A stretch of DNA of 64,000 bases from an uncultured Spirochaetaceae bacterium (GTDB taxonomy: Bacteria; Spirochaetota; Spirochaetia; Sphaerochaetales; Sphaerochaetaceae). Location: NCBI GenBank assembly GCA_944389505.1, contig CALXMP010000010.1, forward strand, positions 4,267 to 68,266. Direction: 5' to 3'. The position numbers were made by a program, and so were the translations under genes. The stretch's first letter is position 1. Each line of letters starts with the position of its first letter. The notes beneath the pieces were generated by a model, which was not told the DNA's origin, made no database searches, and was given only the letters and a program-made list of their open reading frames with translations. Shown here piece by piece: positions 1 through 8,583 of this stretch.

Positions 1-100
1 ATCCTTGAATAACCTTTCACTTTAGTAATACCTCCTGGTACTTATACTGGAAATATAGCACATAGGAGTGCTTTTCTGTAAAGACAAATACCATCTAGAA

Positions 101-128
101 AGAAAAAAGCCCATGCAAATGCATGAGC
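101..128 (-). terminator. Rho-independent terminator of the small basic-protein gene
   Basis: On the minus strand: GCTCATGC-ATTT-GCATGGGC stem-loop (109-128, one G-U pair) followed directly by TTTTTTCTTTC. It lies about 20 nt after the TAA at 151-153. Confidence 0.6.
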
Positions 129-150
129 TCTCCACAAAACCGCATTGCGA

Positions 151-321
151 TTACATGAGATCCTTAGGCTTTCTTGCTGTATTGCCTGTCTTCTCACAGT
201 ATGCAATATGTCTGAGCTTGCCATTCTCGAAGACACTCTTCATCTTGATAGCTCCGCCCCATCTGCTTGTAAGGACCTTTGCACCTTCACGGTGAGCGTT
301 CTTTGAAACATTGCCTGCCAT
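151..321 (-). CDS. Small basic protein, 56 aa (MAGNVSKNAHREGAKVLTSRWGGAIKMKSVFENGKLRHIAYCEKTGNTARKPKDLM), function unknown. Absent from the supplied ORF track because it is under 60 aa.
   Basis: ATG at 321 preceded by GGAGGA with a 7-nt spacing. Upstream TTGACA-17nt-TATCAT promoter. Canonical terminator downstream. TAA at 151-153. Confidence 0.6.
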   Translation of the reverse strand: MAGNVSKNAHREGAKVLTSRWGGAIKMKSVFENGKLRHIAYCEKTGNTARKPKDLM

Positions 322-359
322 ATCTATATCCTCCGGATTTCGATTTCAATTTCTGTATG

Positions 360-388
360 ATGATACTCATCAACAGTTCTATTGTCAA
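360..388 (-). promoter_or_regulatory. Sigma70-like promoter for the 56-aa protein gene
   Basis: Minus strand: TTGACA (383-388), a 17-nt spacer, then TATCAT (360-365), about 40 nt upstream of the ATG at 321. Confidence 0.5.
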
Positions 389-565
389 ACGGCATGGACA
401 TGATACCAACGAAAGGCATTCAGGGCAAGTATTGCGCTATGCTTCTCTGCTTTTCCCCCAGAAAAGAGGTTTTCTGCCTCTTTTGCATCAAAAAAGAGGT
501 GTGTATGCGGGAAAACCCTAATATAATCTTATTTATAAACTGAAAGGGAGAAGAGGTCATTATTT

Positions 566-2023
566 ATGAAGAAGATCCTTTTTGCGGCATCCGAATGCGT
601 GCCATTTGTGAAAACGGGAGGACTGGCGGATGTCGTAGGAAGTCTGCCTCAGGCTTTTGATAAAGATGAATACGATGTGCGTGTAATAATACCATGCTAT
701 CATGCTATCCGTCCTGACTGGAGGGAGAAGATGGAGACCATCTACTACTTCCAGATGGATAACAGAATCTATGTCGGTGTAAAGCGCCTTGTCCATGATG
801 GCATCACCTATTACTTCATCGACAATGAGCAGTATTTCTCGGGAATCGTCCCCTACTATGATATGTTCCAGGATCTTGAGAGATTCGCATATTTTTCAAA
901 GGCGATTCTCTCGGCGCTTCCTCTCATAGGTTTCCGCCCTGATATCATCCACTGCCACGACTGGCAGACATCGCTCGTGCCTGTCTATCTCAATACAGTG
1001 TTCCAGGGCGATCCGTTCTTCAGGGGAATCAGGACCGTATTCACAATCCACAACATAAGATTCAAAGGCGAATGGGATGTAGGACATATCAAATGGGTAT
1101 CAGGACTTCCTGATGAGTGCTTCGAGCCAGGGCTCCTTGTAAGCCCATACCAGAACAGATCCATTCCGCGCAATGACTGGAACTGCACGATGATGAGAGG
1201 AGGCCTTGTTTATTCCGACTACATCACGACTGTCAGCAACAGCTATGCGTGGGAAATCCAGACTCCGGCTTTCGGCGAAGGTCTTGATGATATCCTGAAA
1301 TGGCGTCATGAAAGGCTCTGGGGCATCATCAATGGAATCGACTACAAGGTCTGGGATCCAAAGACAGATAAGAAGATACCGAACAACTACGGAATCAACA
1401 ACTTCGTATCGAACAGGAAGAAGAACAAGACAGCTCTACAGAAGGAGCTTGGCATGCCTGTCGATGACAAGAAGTTCATGATTGCGATTGTCTCACGTCT
1501 CACCGACCAGAAAGGTCTTGATCTTGTCGATCAGGTCATGGACAGGATCTGCTCGATGAACGTAAGCATGGTAGTCCTCGGCACAGGTGCGGAGCATTAT
1601 GAGAACATGTTCAGGTATTATCAGGGGAAGTATCCTGATAAAGTCGCTGCATGCATCTGCTACTCCGATGATCTTGCACACAAGATCTATGCTTCCTGCG
1701 ATGCGATCCTCGTTCCTTCAGCATTCGAGCCATGCGGACTGACACAGCTTATCGCTCTCAGATACGGAATGGTCCCGATCGTGCATGAGATCGGCGGACT
1801 GAAGGATACGGTAAAGCCATTCAACGAATTCGATGATGAGGGAACCGGCTTCTCCTTCTACAACTATACTTCCTCGGATCTTATCGACAGGATCAAGCAT
1901 GCGGAATACATATTCTATGAGAAGAATGATCTCTGGAAGCACATGCAGAAGAGAGGCATGGCCGAGGACTGGTCATGGAAGAAATCAATGGAGATCTACA
2001 AGGATCTCTATTCGAGGATGTAA
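566..2023 (+). CDS. glgA: Glycogen synthase (ADP-glucose type, GT5)
   Basis: N-terminal ECVPFVKTGGLADVVGSLP motif, length 485 aa, GGAGAAGAGG upstream of the ATG. Confidence 0.95.
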   Translation: MKKILFAASECVPFVKTGGLADVVGSLPQAFDKDEYDVRVIIPCYHAIRPDWREKMETIYYFQMDNRIYVGVKRLVHDGITYYFIDNEQYFSGIVPYYDMFQDLERFAYFSKAILSALPLIGFRPDIIHCHDWQTSLVPVYLNTVFQGDPFFRGIRTVFTIHNIRFKGEWDVGHIKWVSGLPDECFEPGLLVSPYQNRSIPRNDWNCTMMRGGLVYSDYITTVSNSYAWEIQTPAFGEGLDDILKWRHERLWGIINGIDYKVWDPKTDKKIPNNYGINNFVSNRKKNKTALQKELGMPVDDKKFMIAIVSRLTDQKGLDLVDQVMDRICSMNVSMVVLGTGAEHYENMFRYYQGKYPDKVAACICYSDDLAHKIYASCDAILVPSAFEPCGLTQLIALRYGMVPIVHEIGGLKDTVKPFNEFDDEGTGFSFYNYTSSDLIDRIKHAEYIFYEKNDLWKHMQKRGMAEDWSWKKSMEIYKDLYSRM

Positions 2024-2313
2024 TGATGCTGAAGTTCGCATTCATGCTTATGGGTCCCTATGACCCTGAAAAGGATGATGTGCTATTCGTGGATGGCTGC
2101 ACCAGGATGATCGGCGTCCCCGATATAGAGACAGCAGCACAGACTGCAAAGAAGCTGGCCGATGAGGGATATGGAGCCATCGAGCTCTGCGGAGCTTTTG
2201 GCGAGGCCGGCGCAAGAAGAATCATCGAAGCAACCGGGCATAGCATCGCGATAGGCTTTGTCACCCATTTCCCAGAAGATGACGGCCTTTTCCAGAAAGC
2301 ATTCGGAAACTGA
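2023..2313 (+). CDS. Small conserved protein of unknown function (resembles the DUF6506 family from memory; unverified)
   Basis: ATG overlaps the glgA TAA (TAATG at 2021-2025). The 96-aa product MMLKFAFMLMGPYDP...AIELCGAFG has coding-like composition. Confidence 0.55.
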   Translation: MMLKFAFMLMGPYDPEKDDVLFVDGCTRMIGVPDIETAAQTAKKLADEGYGAIELCGAFGEAGARRIIEATGHSIAIGFVTHFPEDDGLFQKAFGN

Positions 2314-2323
2314 TTCAATCGAT

Positions 2324-2348
2324 GAAGAGCCCTGCAGAAGGGCTCTTC
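2324..2348 (+). terminator. GC-rich hairpin after the glgA operon; possible terminator lacking a U-tract
   Basis: GAAGAGCCC-tgcagaa-GGGCTCTTC, a perfect 9-bp stem 11 nt after the stop at 2313. No T-run follows. Confidence 0.35.
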
Positions 2349-2440
2349 CCATACAGATCTACTGCAGCGTATATCAGCCTGGAATATCAGGAAGATATTC
2401 TTCCGGTATTTCAATCGGAGTGCCATCAATCTTCATTGAA

Positions 2441-2472
2441 TAATAAAAAGGGGAGTGCATCACGCACTCCCC
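2441..2472 (-). terminator. Rho-independent terminator of the cysS / ECF sigma / anti-sigma operon
   Basis: Minus strand: GGGGAGTGC-gtgat-GCACTCCCC (perfect 9 bp) followed by TTTTTATTA, about 20 nt after the stop at 2494. Confidence 0.7.
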
Positions 2473-2493
2473 TGTATCATCTTGTTATCATTC

Positions 2494-3057
2494 TCACTCA
2501 GCGCTTTCAGCAGCAGGAATCGATGTATCAAGCGGCTTGAGTCCCTTTATCGATATATCGACATTGTAGCCCTTGCTATCGAGGTAATGGAGTATCTCCT
2601 CGAGCGTGAAGTTATCAAGGGATGCTGCATCGGATACATATCTCACGCTTCCATTCCCTGCCTGGACAGCAAATGATGGAAGGATCTCGCCAGTCTGCTC
2701 ATCGGATGTGCCGAAGAACATGAAGCTTCCTATGAAGATGAAGACCACTGCAGCAGCTGCGGTGACAAGCGAAGGAAGGGATACCTCAAGACGGCGGCGG
2801 AAGAAACCGACCTTGCGCCCGTTCTGGAAGTACTTGGCATCAAGGACTGAGAGAATCCTGTCCTTATTCCTGTCAAGCATCTGGCTAGGATACTCGGTAC
2901 TGCGGATCCTGTCTCCGATCTCCCTCATATCCTCAAGATGGTGGCGGCATGCTGGACAGTGCTCCAGATGCTCCTTTACCTGTGTTCTATATGGCTCCGC
3001 AAGCTCACCATCAAGATAAGCTGAGAGCATCTGGGCATCAATACACATCCCTCTCAT
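2494..3057 (-). CDS. Anti-sigma factor (zf-HC2 type, single transmembrane segment)
   Basis: N-terminal LDGEL...HLEHCPACRHHLEDM zinc-finger motif, a central hydrophobic helix, and overlap with the upstream ECF sigma gene. Confidence 0.8.
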   Translation of the reverse strand: MRGMCIDAQMLSAYLDGELAEPYRTQVKEHLEHCPACRHHLEDMREIGDRIRSTEYPSQMLDRNKDRILSVLDAKYFQNGRKVGFFRRRLEVSLPSLVTAAAAVVFIFIGSFMFFGTSDEQTGEILPSFAVQAGNGSVRYVSDAASLDNFTLEEILHYLDSKGYNVDISIKGLKPLDTSIPAAESAE

Positions 3058-3571
3058 CTCCTCTAAGGACTTCCTCGAGCTTCTTTCTGGCTCTGAAAAC
3101 CCTCACCTTCACATTAGTCTCCGAGATGCCAAGCACCTTCGCTATCGACTTGTAATCAAGTCCGGAGAACTCCTTCAGCTGTATCACAAGCCTGAGATTC
3201 TCAGGAAGGGCATCTATCGCCCTCCTGACCTCCTCACGGTTCTCCCGCTCGATAGCCTCGCTGGCTCCATCCTTCTCATCAGCTGCGGCGGAAGGCATTC
3301 TCTTCACCTTCTCAACCATCTCTATCTCACGCTTGTTGCGCCTGATATGGTTGAGGGCAAGATTCTTCGCCACCCTGATAAGCCAGTACCGGGCATCTTC
3401 CTCAGAAGGAAAGGTCATGTTCTTCACATAGAACCTTTCGAATGCCTCCTGGGTAAGATCCTCCGCAATCTCAAGGTTGTACACGATATGCATTATCACC
3501 TGTACAAGCAGATGATAGTCCGCATCATATACTCGCCTGAAATCATCACGGTCAGTGCTCTTTATCTCCAT
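3038..3571 (-). CDS. ECF-family RNA polymerase sigma factor
   Basis: Region 2 (DLTQEAFERFY) and region 4 (LPENLRLVIQLKEFSGLDYKSIAKVLGISETNVKVRVFRARKKL) motifs. Confidence 0.9.
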   Translation of the reverse strand: MEIKSTDRDDFRRVYDADYHLLVQVIMHIVYNLEIAEDLTQEAFERFYVKNMTFPSEEDARYWLIRVAKNLALNHIRRNKREIEMVEKVKRMPSAAADEKDGASEAIERENREEVRRAIDALPENLRLVIQLKEFSGLDYKSIAKVLGISETNVKVRVFRARKKLEEVLRGDERDVY

Positions 3572-3599
3572 CTCTTTAACACATCACCTATTCTGAAGG

Positions 3600-5000
3600 T
3601 TACACATTTTTCTCAAGAACCGGGCCCTTAGGTGTATCCTTCACAGTATAGCCCCTCTGCAGAAGCTCAGCGCGGATTTCATCGGCTCTCTGGTAATTCT
3701 TTTCCTTCTTTGCCTTTGCGCGCTCTTCTACAAGAGCCCATTCCTCATCTCCGCCGATTCTCTCTTCCTTATATGGCTCAATCGACTCAAAGCCAAGACC
3801 GAGTATACCATCCATATGGTACAGAGCGGCAAGCTTATCAGCAGCAGGAAGGGAGGATTTCAGAAGAAGATGAACGACAGAGAGCGCCTGCGGAGCTGAG
3901 AGATCATTCTCCATCGCTCTATCGAAGTCATCCATATACTTCCTGGCCTCTGAGGACGGCTCTGCAGCAGGCTCTGCCTCTGCCTTGTACTCCCCTATCT
4001 TCTGCACAAGTCCCTTTCTCGCGCTTCTGGCATGGTCAAGAGCCTCATAAGAGAACATAAGCTGGCTCCTATAGTGGCCTGAGAGGCAGAAATACCTGTA
4101 ATCAAGAGGATCGTATCCCTTCTCTTTGAGAAGCGACAGCGTGAGGAATTCACCTGTGGACTTGCTCATCTTGCCTTTGTCATTGACGAGGAACTCGCCA
4201 TGGCACCAGTAATTGACCCATGTATGGCCTGTCGCAGCCTCGGACTGCGCTATCTCATTCGTATGATGGACAGGGATTGCATCGATACCGCCGCAGTGGA
4301 TATCGAACTGCTCACCGAGATACTTCATGGACATAGCAGAGCACTCGATGTGCCAGCCCGGGTATCCTCTACCCCACGGGGAATCCCAGGTCATAGCCTG
4401 ATCCTTGAACTTCGAATTCGTGAACCAGAGCACGAAATCCTTTGGATTCCTTTTGTTTGAATCGACCTCGATCCTTGCTCCGCTCCTGAGATCATCGAGA
4501 TTCAGGCGCGCAAGCTTGCCATAGTCATCGATCGTATCGATCGAGAAGTAGACATTGCCGCCAGCTGTATATGTATGGCCCCTGTCCTCGAGGCGCTTGA
4601 TCAGATCTATCATGTCCTGGATATGATCTGTAGCCTTGCATACGATATCAGGGCGGATGATGTTGAGATCCTTCTCATCGGCAAAGAATGCCTTCGTATA
4701 GAAATCCGCAATCTCCCATACCGACTTCCCTGTCTCCCTTGATCTCTTGCCAAGCTTGTCCTCGCCATCATCTCCATCGCCTGTAAGATGGCCGACATCT
4801 GTTATATTCATGACATGGCAGAGGTCATATCCTGCACGGCGGAGCGTACGATGGAGAAGATCCTCGAATATATATGTTCTCAGGTTTCCGATATGAGCAT
4901 AGTTGTATACAGTAGGTCCGCAGCAGTACATAGACACCTTGCCCGGTACAATAGGGACAAATTCCTCAACGCTTCTGGACATCGTATTGTATAGCTTCAT
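3600..5000 (-). CDS. cysS: Cysteine--tRNA ligase
   Basis: CGPTVYNYAHIGNLRTY (HIGH region) and KMSKS motif, 466 aa. Confidence 0.97.
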   Translation of the reverse strand: MKLYNTMSRSVEEFVPIVPGKVSMYCCGPTVYNYAHIGNLRTYIFEDLLHRTLRRAGYDLCHVMNITDVGHLTGDGDDGEDKLGKRSRETGKSVWEIADFYTKAFFADEKDLNIIRPDIVCKATDHIQDMIDLIKRLEDRGHTYTAGGNVYFSIDTIDDYGKLARLNLDDLRSGARIEVDSNKRNPKDFVLWFTNSKFKDQAMTWDSPWGRGYPGWHIECSAMSMKYLGEQFDIHCGGIDAIPVHHTNEIAQSEAATGHTWVNYWCHGEFLVNDKGKMSKSTGEFLTLSLLKEKGYDPLDYRYFCLSGHYRSQLMFSYEALDHARSARKGLVQKIGEYKAEAEPAAEPSSEARKYMDDFDRAMENDLSAPQALSVVHLLLKSSLPAADKLAALYHMDGILGLGFESIEPYKEERIGGDEEWALVEERAKAKKEKNYQRADEIRAELLQRGYTVKDTPKGPVLEKNV

Positions 5001-5114
5001 AAAACCCTCCTATAGGGGAAAGACAGCCAGCTGTCTGCTGATTTCTGCTTATCAGATATTATAGTCAAATGATGCTGTCAAAGACCAGAGGCCTGTTCCA
5101 TTTAGCTGATTCTC

Positions 5115-6065
5115 GTGTATCATTTTCGTATGCGGAACATAAATGGCGGAGGAATCGCGCTCGCTGAGAACTTCAGCATGAAGGAGATAAGCCTTTTCAG
5201 AGCCGGCGGAATGGCTGAGCTTTATGCCGAGCCACGCACATTCGATGAGCTCCTCGCCGTCCTTGATCTCGCATCAAGAAGGAATCTGCATATCGAGGTA
5301 ATCGGAGCAGGCTCCCATATTCTCGCTCCGGAATCGGGAATAGAAGGACTGCTGATCTCCACCAGGAGCATGAAGGGAATAACGATAAGAGGCGATCTCC
5401 TTACCGCCGGCCCCGGCGAGATGTTCGATGGGATAATCAACATTGCAATCGACCATAACCTTATAGGCCTTGAGGAGCTTGGAGGAATCCCGGGGACAAT
5501 CGCTGGTGCCATATCCGTGAATGCATCCGCTAATGGACGCTCCATCTCCGATGCATTCTTCTATGCTGACTCGGTGACACCGGACGGAAGAATACACAGA
5601 CGCACATTCTATCCTGATACCTTCTCCCATCAGGGATCCGCTTTCTCAGATGATGAGATCATTGTCAACGTTGCCCTCCGCCTGAGGCCATCAAAGGCTA
5701 CTGCCGAAGCAAGGCTGAGAAAGGAGAAATTCGTCGAGCTCATGTTCATCCCCCCTTGCAGACGCTGCGCAGGAGAGGTCTTCCATGATCTAGCTGATAC
5801 AAAAGCCGCAGACCTGATCAGGCAGGCAGGGTTCATCAGGGAAGAGGGAATAAGGGCAGAGTTCTCCGACTACCAGAGCAACTGTATATTCACGTATGAA
5901 GGATGCACTTCCGATGAGATATTCACTCTTCTCTGCAAAACAGCGGAGAAGGTCTATGAGACCTCTGGCATACTGCTCGAGCCATCGATCACCCTCCTTG
6001 GATCCTTCAGAGAGAGATGGAAAGAGCTGTCTCAACGGTACCATCAGAGCTCAGTCTTAGCCTGA
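5115..6065 (+). CDS. murB: UDP-N-acetylenolpyruvoylglucosamine reductase
   Basis: FAD-binding N-terminus (FRAGGMAELY, VIGAGSHIL, GGIPGTIAGAISVNA) and MurB C-terminal domain. The start could be 5115 or 5130. Confidence 0.85.
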   Translation: MYHFRMRNINGGGIALAENFSMKEISLFRAGGMAELYAEPRTFDELLAVLDLASRRNLHIEVIGAGSHILAPESGIEGLLISTRSMKGITIRGDLLTAGPGEMFDGIINIAIDHNLIGLEELGGIPGTIAGAISVNASANGRSISDAFFYADSVTPDGRIHRRTFYPDTFSHQGSAFSDDEIIVNVALRLRPSKATAEARLRKEKFVELMFIPPCRRCAGEVFHDLADTKAADLIRQAGFIREEGIRAEFSDYQSNCIFTYEGCTSDEIFTLLCKTAEKVYETSGILLEPSITLLGSFRERWKELSQRYHQSSVLA

Positions 6066-7047
6066 TGCTCCTGCCTTCTTCGCCTATATCCATCTCTATC
6101 TCCGCATAGATGCTTCTATCTTCATACCCTATCTCAAACATCCTGTGCTTATAGGAAGCGATGGGACCAGACGACGTATCATAACCAATGGAGAATCCTT
6201 CATAGCTGAATATGATTCTGTCCCGCTTATGCGCATTGCCCTTACCTGAGAATGAGTACTCCATTGAGGAGTATATCCTGATGCCATGGATATCAAGCTC
6301 GGAGCGGATTGATGCCCTGAAAGGAAGGTAATCGGCAGAATAGACAGGAGGCGCGCCGAACTGGAACGCTATGTCGGAACGGAAGCCCGTTTCTCCTATC
6401 GATACTCTGATGCCCCATGAACGTGCGCTCCGTTCATTGTAAAGAGGCATTGTATCGCCCGCCATGAGATAGATTGAGTACTTCTCCCAGTACAGTCCTG
6501 CCGCACCAAAAAGCTCAATCCCTTCATCCGGAGAGAATGAGAGGATGCCTGCAATGTCGAAGAAACGCCACCCTCCTCTGACTGAGGCATACAGCACCGG
6601 GATATCAACAGGGGCAGCCGCATCTGCAAGATAGCCATGCTCTCCGGATTCTCCCGGGAAGGCAAATAGAAGAGCACCCTCTATGTAGTCCTTCCATCCG
6701 GACTGGATAAATATAATGGGTCTTCCTGAAAGAGAGGCTCCGGCTATGAATCCATCCAGACCCGCGGCAAAACCGCTCTGCCTGCTGTATCGCTGGTGAA
6801 GAGAGACCTCGGGACGGAGGCTGAATGCGGATGAGTATGGATCGGCTATCGTACGCAGCAGCCCGAACCGCCCTATATCCCCCGCCTTGAAATACGGGCT
6901 TCTTATCGTAATGCGTCCGGAAGAGAATGACACGGAGCAGCCATCTCCGGAAACAGTGAGCCCATCGTGGCGGGCAGATACCTCCTCCGCCATGATAGCG
7001 GAACAGGAGAGTAATGCTGTGAATACGAGAATCAGCAATATGCGCAT
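6007..7047 (-). CDS. Hypothetical secreted, beta-rich protein (possible outer-membrane protein)
   Basis: ATG at 7047 gives MRILLILVFTALLSCSAIMAEE, a signal peptide. The body is rich in aromatic and Gly residues. I recognised no family. Confidence 0.55.
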   Translation of the reverse strand: MRILLILVFTALLSCSAIMAEEVSARHDGLTVSGDGCSVSFSSGRITIRSPYFKAGDIGRFGLLRTIADPYSSAFSLRPEVSLHQRYSRQSGFAAGLDGFIAGASLSGRPIIFIQSGWKDYIEGALLFAFPGESGEHGYLADAAAPVDIPVLYASVRGGWRFFDIAGILSFSPDEGIELFGAAGLYWEKYSIYLMAGDTMPLYNERSARSWGIRVSIGETGFRSDIAFQFGAPPVYSADYLPFRASIRSELDIHGIRIYSSMEYSFSGKGNAHKRDRIIFSYEGFSIGYDTSSGPIASYKHRMFEIGYEDRSIYAEIEMDIGEEGRSIRLRLSSDGTVETALSISL

Positions 7048-7166
7048 ATAGAATATACGCCCCAGACCACCTTTTCTGACATACCTGCTCTGCAGAATAT
7101 GTACTTTTAGCAACTTTGGTGATAATCTTTATTCCTGCATTATTTCTGTTACAGGAGAAAAACAGC

Positions 7167-8531
7167 ATGGTTATTCTGACACTGAATTGCGGCAGCTCAT
7201 CTGCCAAATACCAGGTATATGACTGGGAAGAGAAGGACGTTCTATCTGTTGGTGTTGTAGAACGCATCGGACTTGACTACTCGACTATCGAGCAGAAATC
7301 CGCGGGCAAGCCCGTCTATGAAGCACGCTTCTCATCTCCTACCCACAAGGAAGCTATCGAGCTCATACTCAAGATGCTCGTTGATCCTGAATATGGATGC
7401 ATCAAGTCTCTTGATGAGATCGGAGCTGTCGGGCACAGGGTTCTCCATGGCGGTGAGCTTTTCAAGAAATCCACTCTTGTAACAGATGAGGTCGTCGAGC
7501 AGCTCAAGACCCTTATCCCGCTCGGACCGCTTCACATGCCAGCCAACATCATGGGAATCGAGGCTGCCAGAAAGCTCATGCCGGGCGTCCCCAATGCCAT
7601 TGTCATGGATACTGCATTCCACCAGACAATGCCTGAGGAGGCATTCATGTATGCCGTTCCATATGAGTGGTATGAGAAGTACAACGTGCGCCGCTATGGC
7701 TTCCACGGAACAAGCCATCTCTACTGCTCAAAGAGAGCTGCTCTCCTTCTTGGCAAGGAAAGCAAGGATACGAACGTCATCGTCCTCCATATCGGCAATG
7801 GTGCATCGGCATGCGCTGTAAAGAACGGTGTCTGCGTTGAGACATCGATGGGACTTACCCCGCTTGAAGGCCTTGTGATGGGGACAAGATCTGGAGATCT
7901 CGATCCTGCAATCATCCCGTATATCTGCAACAGCACAGGACTTACAGCAAAGGAGATGGATACATACCTCAACAAGAAGTCAGGTCTTGTAGGCATCTGC
8001 GGCAAGTCAGACAGGCGCGATGTGCACGAAGCTGCGAACAATGGTGACAAGAGAGCTGCCCTTGGCGTTGCGATGGAGACACACAGGATCAAGAAGTATA
8101 TCGGTGCATATGCAGCTCTTCTCGGACGTGTTGATGCTATCGTATTCACAGCAGGAGTCGGCGAGATGGGCGAGCACATCAGAAGAGGTGCATGCGAAGG
8201 ACTCGAGAACCTTGGCATCATGCTCGATGAGGAGAAGAACAACCTCTCCCACTGCCGCAATGCTGAGACATGCATCTCCAAGGATGAAAGCCCTGTGAAG
8301 ATCTTCGTCATCCCGACAGATGAGGAGCTTGTCATCACAGAGGATGCATATGCTCTCATGAATGGCACATATGATATCCACACGAACTTCCACTACACAT
8401 TCGAGAGCCCTGATTACGTCAACAAGGCAAGGGCAAGAGGTCTCAAGGAGAACCTGAAGAAGAAGCCTGAGCTTGAAAGAATCATTGCTCTTCCTCCAGG
8501 GAAGACATCATGCTCGGTATCGGGCTGCTGA
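7167..8531 (+). CDS. ackA: Acetate kinase, with a C-terminal extension of about 56 aa
   Basis: MVILTLNCGSSSAKYQVY N-terminus, HRVLHGG, FHGTSH, IPTDEELVI motifs. AGGAGA upstream of the ATG at 7167. Confidence 0.95.
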   Translation: MVILTLNCGSSSAKYQVYDWEEKDVLSVGVVERIGLDYSTIEQKSAGKPVYEARFSSPTHKEAIELILKMLVDPEYGCIKSLDEIGAVGHRVLHGGELFKKSTLVTDEVVEQLKTLIPLGPLHMPANIMGIEAARKLMPGVPNAIVMDTAFHQTMPEEAFMYAVPYEWYEKYNVRRYGFHGTSHLYCSKRAALLLGKESKDTNVIVLHIGNGASACAVKNGVCVETSMGLTPLEGLVMGTRSGDLDPAIIPYICNSTGLTAKEMDTYLNKKSGLVGICGKSDRRDVHEAANNGDKRAALGVAMETHRIKKYIGAYAALLGRVDAIVFTAGVGEMGEHIRRGACEGLENLGIMLDEEKNNLSHCRNAETCISKDESPVKIFVIPTDEELVITEDAYALMNGTYDIHTNFHYTFESPDYVNKARARGLKENLKKKPELERIIALPPGKTSCSVSGC

Positions 8532-8551
8532 TGATATAAGCAGTGAATATG

Positions 8552-8583
8552 CAGGGAACTCGGAAGGGTTCCCTGTTTTCATT
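8552..8583 (+). terminator. Rho-independent terminator of ackA
   Basis: CAGGGAAC-tcggaagg-GTTCCCTG followed by TTTTCATTTC. Confidence 0.7.

Noticed and set aside
1-38. Possible 5' end of a minus-strand gene leaving the window (AGGAGG at 31-36, GTG at 18-20).
   Set aside because: Only about 20 nt of putative coding sequence lies inside the window, so it cannot be supported.
42-521. Track ORFs 42-236(-), 68-295(+) and 279-521(+).
   Set aside because: None has an RBS, promoter or terminator. Their products are low-complexity or Cys/Leu-rich. The same DNA contains a much better supported 56-aa gene (151-321, minus strand) in a different frame.
5001-5114. T-box or other leader upstream of cysS (and likewise upstream of glnS at 19248-19312).
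   Set aside because: The leaders are far shorter than a T-box (which needs more than 200 nt), and no specifier or antiterminator structure is visible.
6605-8383. Long ORFs 6605-7267(-) and 7721-8383(-), 220 aa each. The first is an out-of-frame ORF over the 5' part of the 6007-7047 gene, running on past the ackA start; the second is antisense to ackA.
   Set aside because: They are shadow ORFs on real genes that carry clear motifs or a signal peptide. Their products are Ser/Arg/Pro-rich nonsense and there are no start signals.
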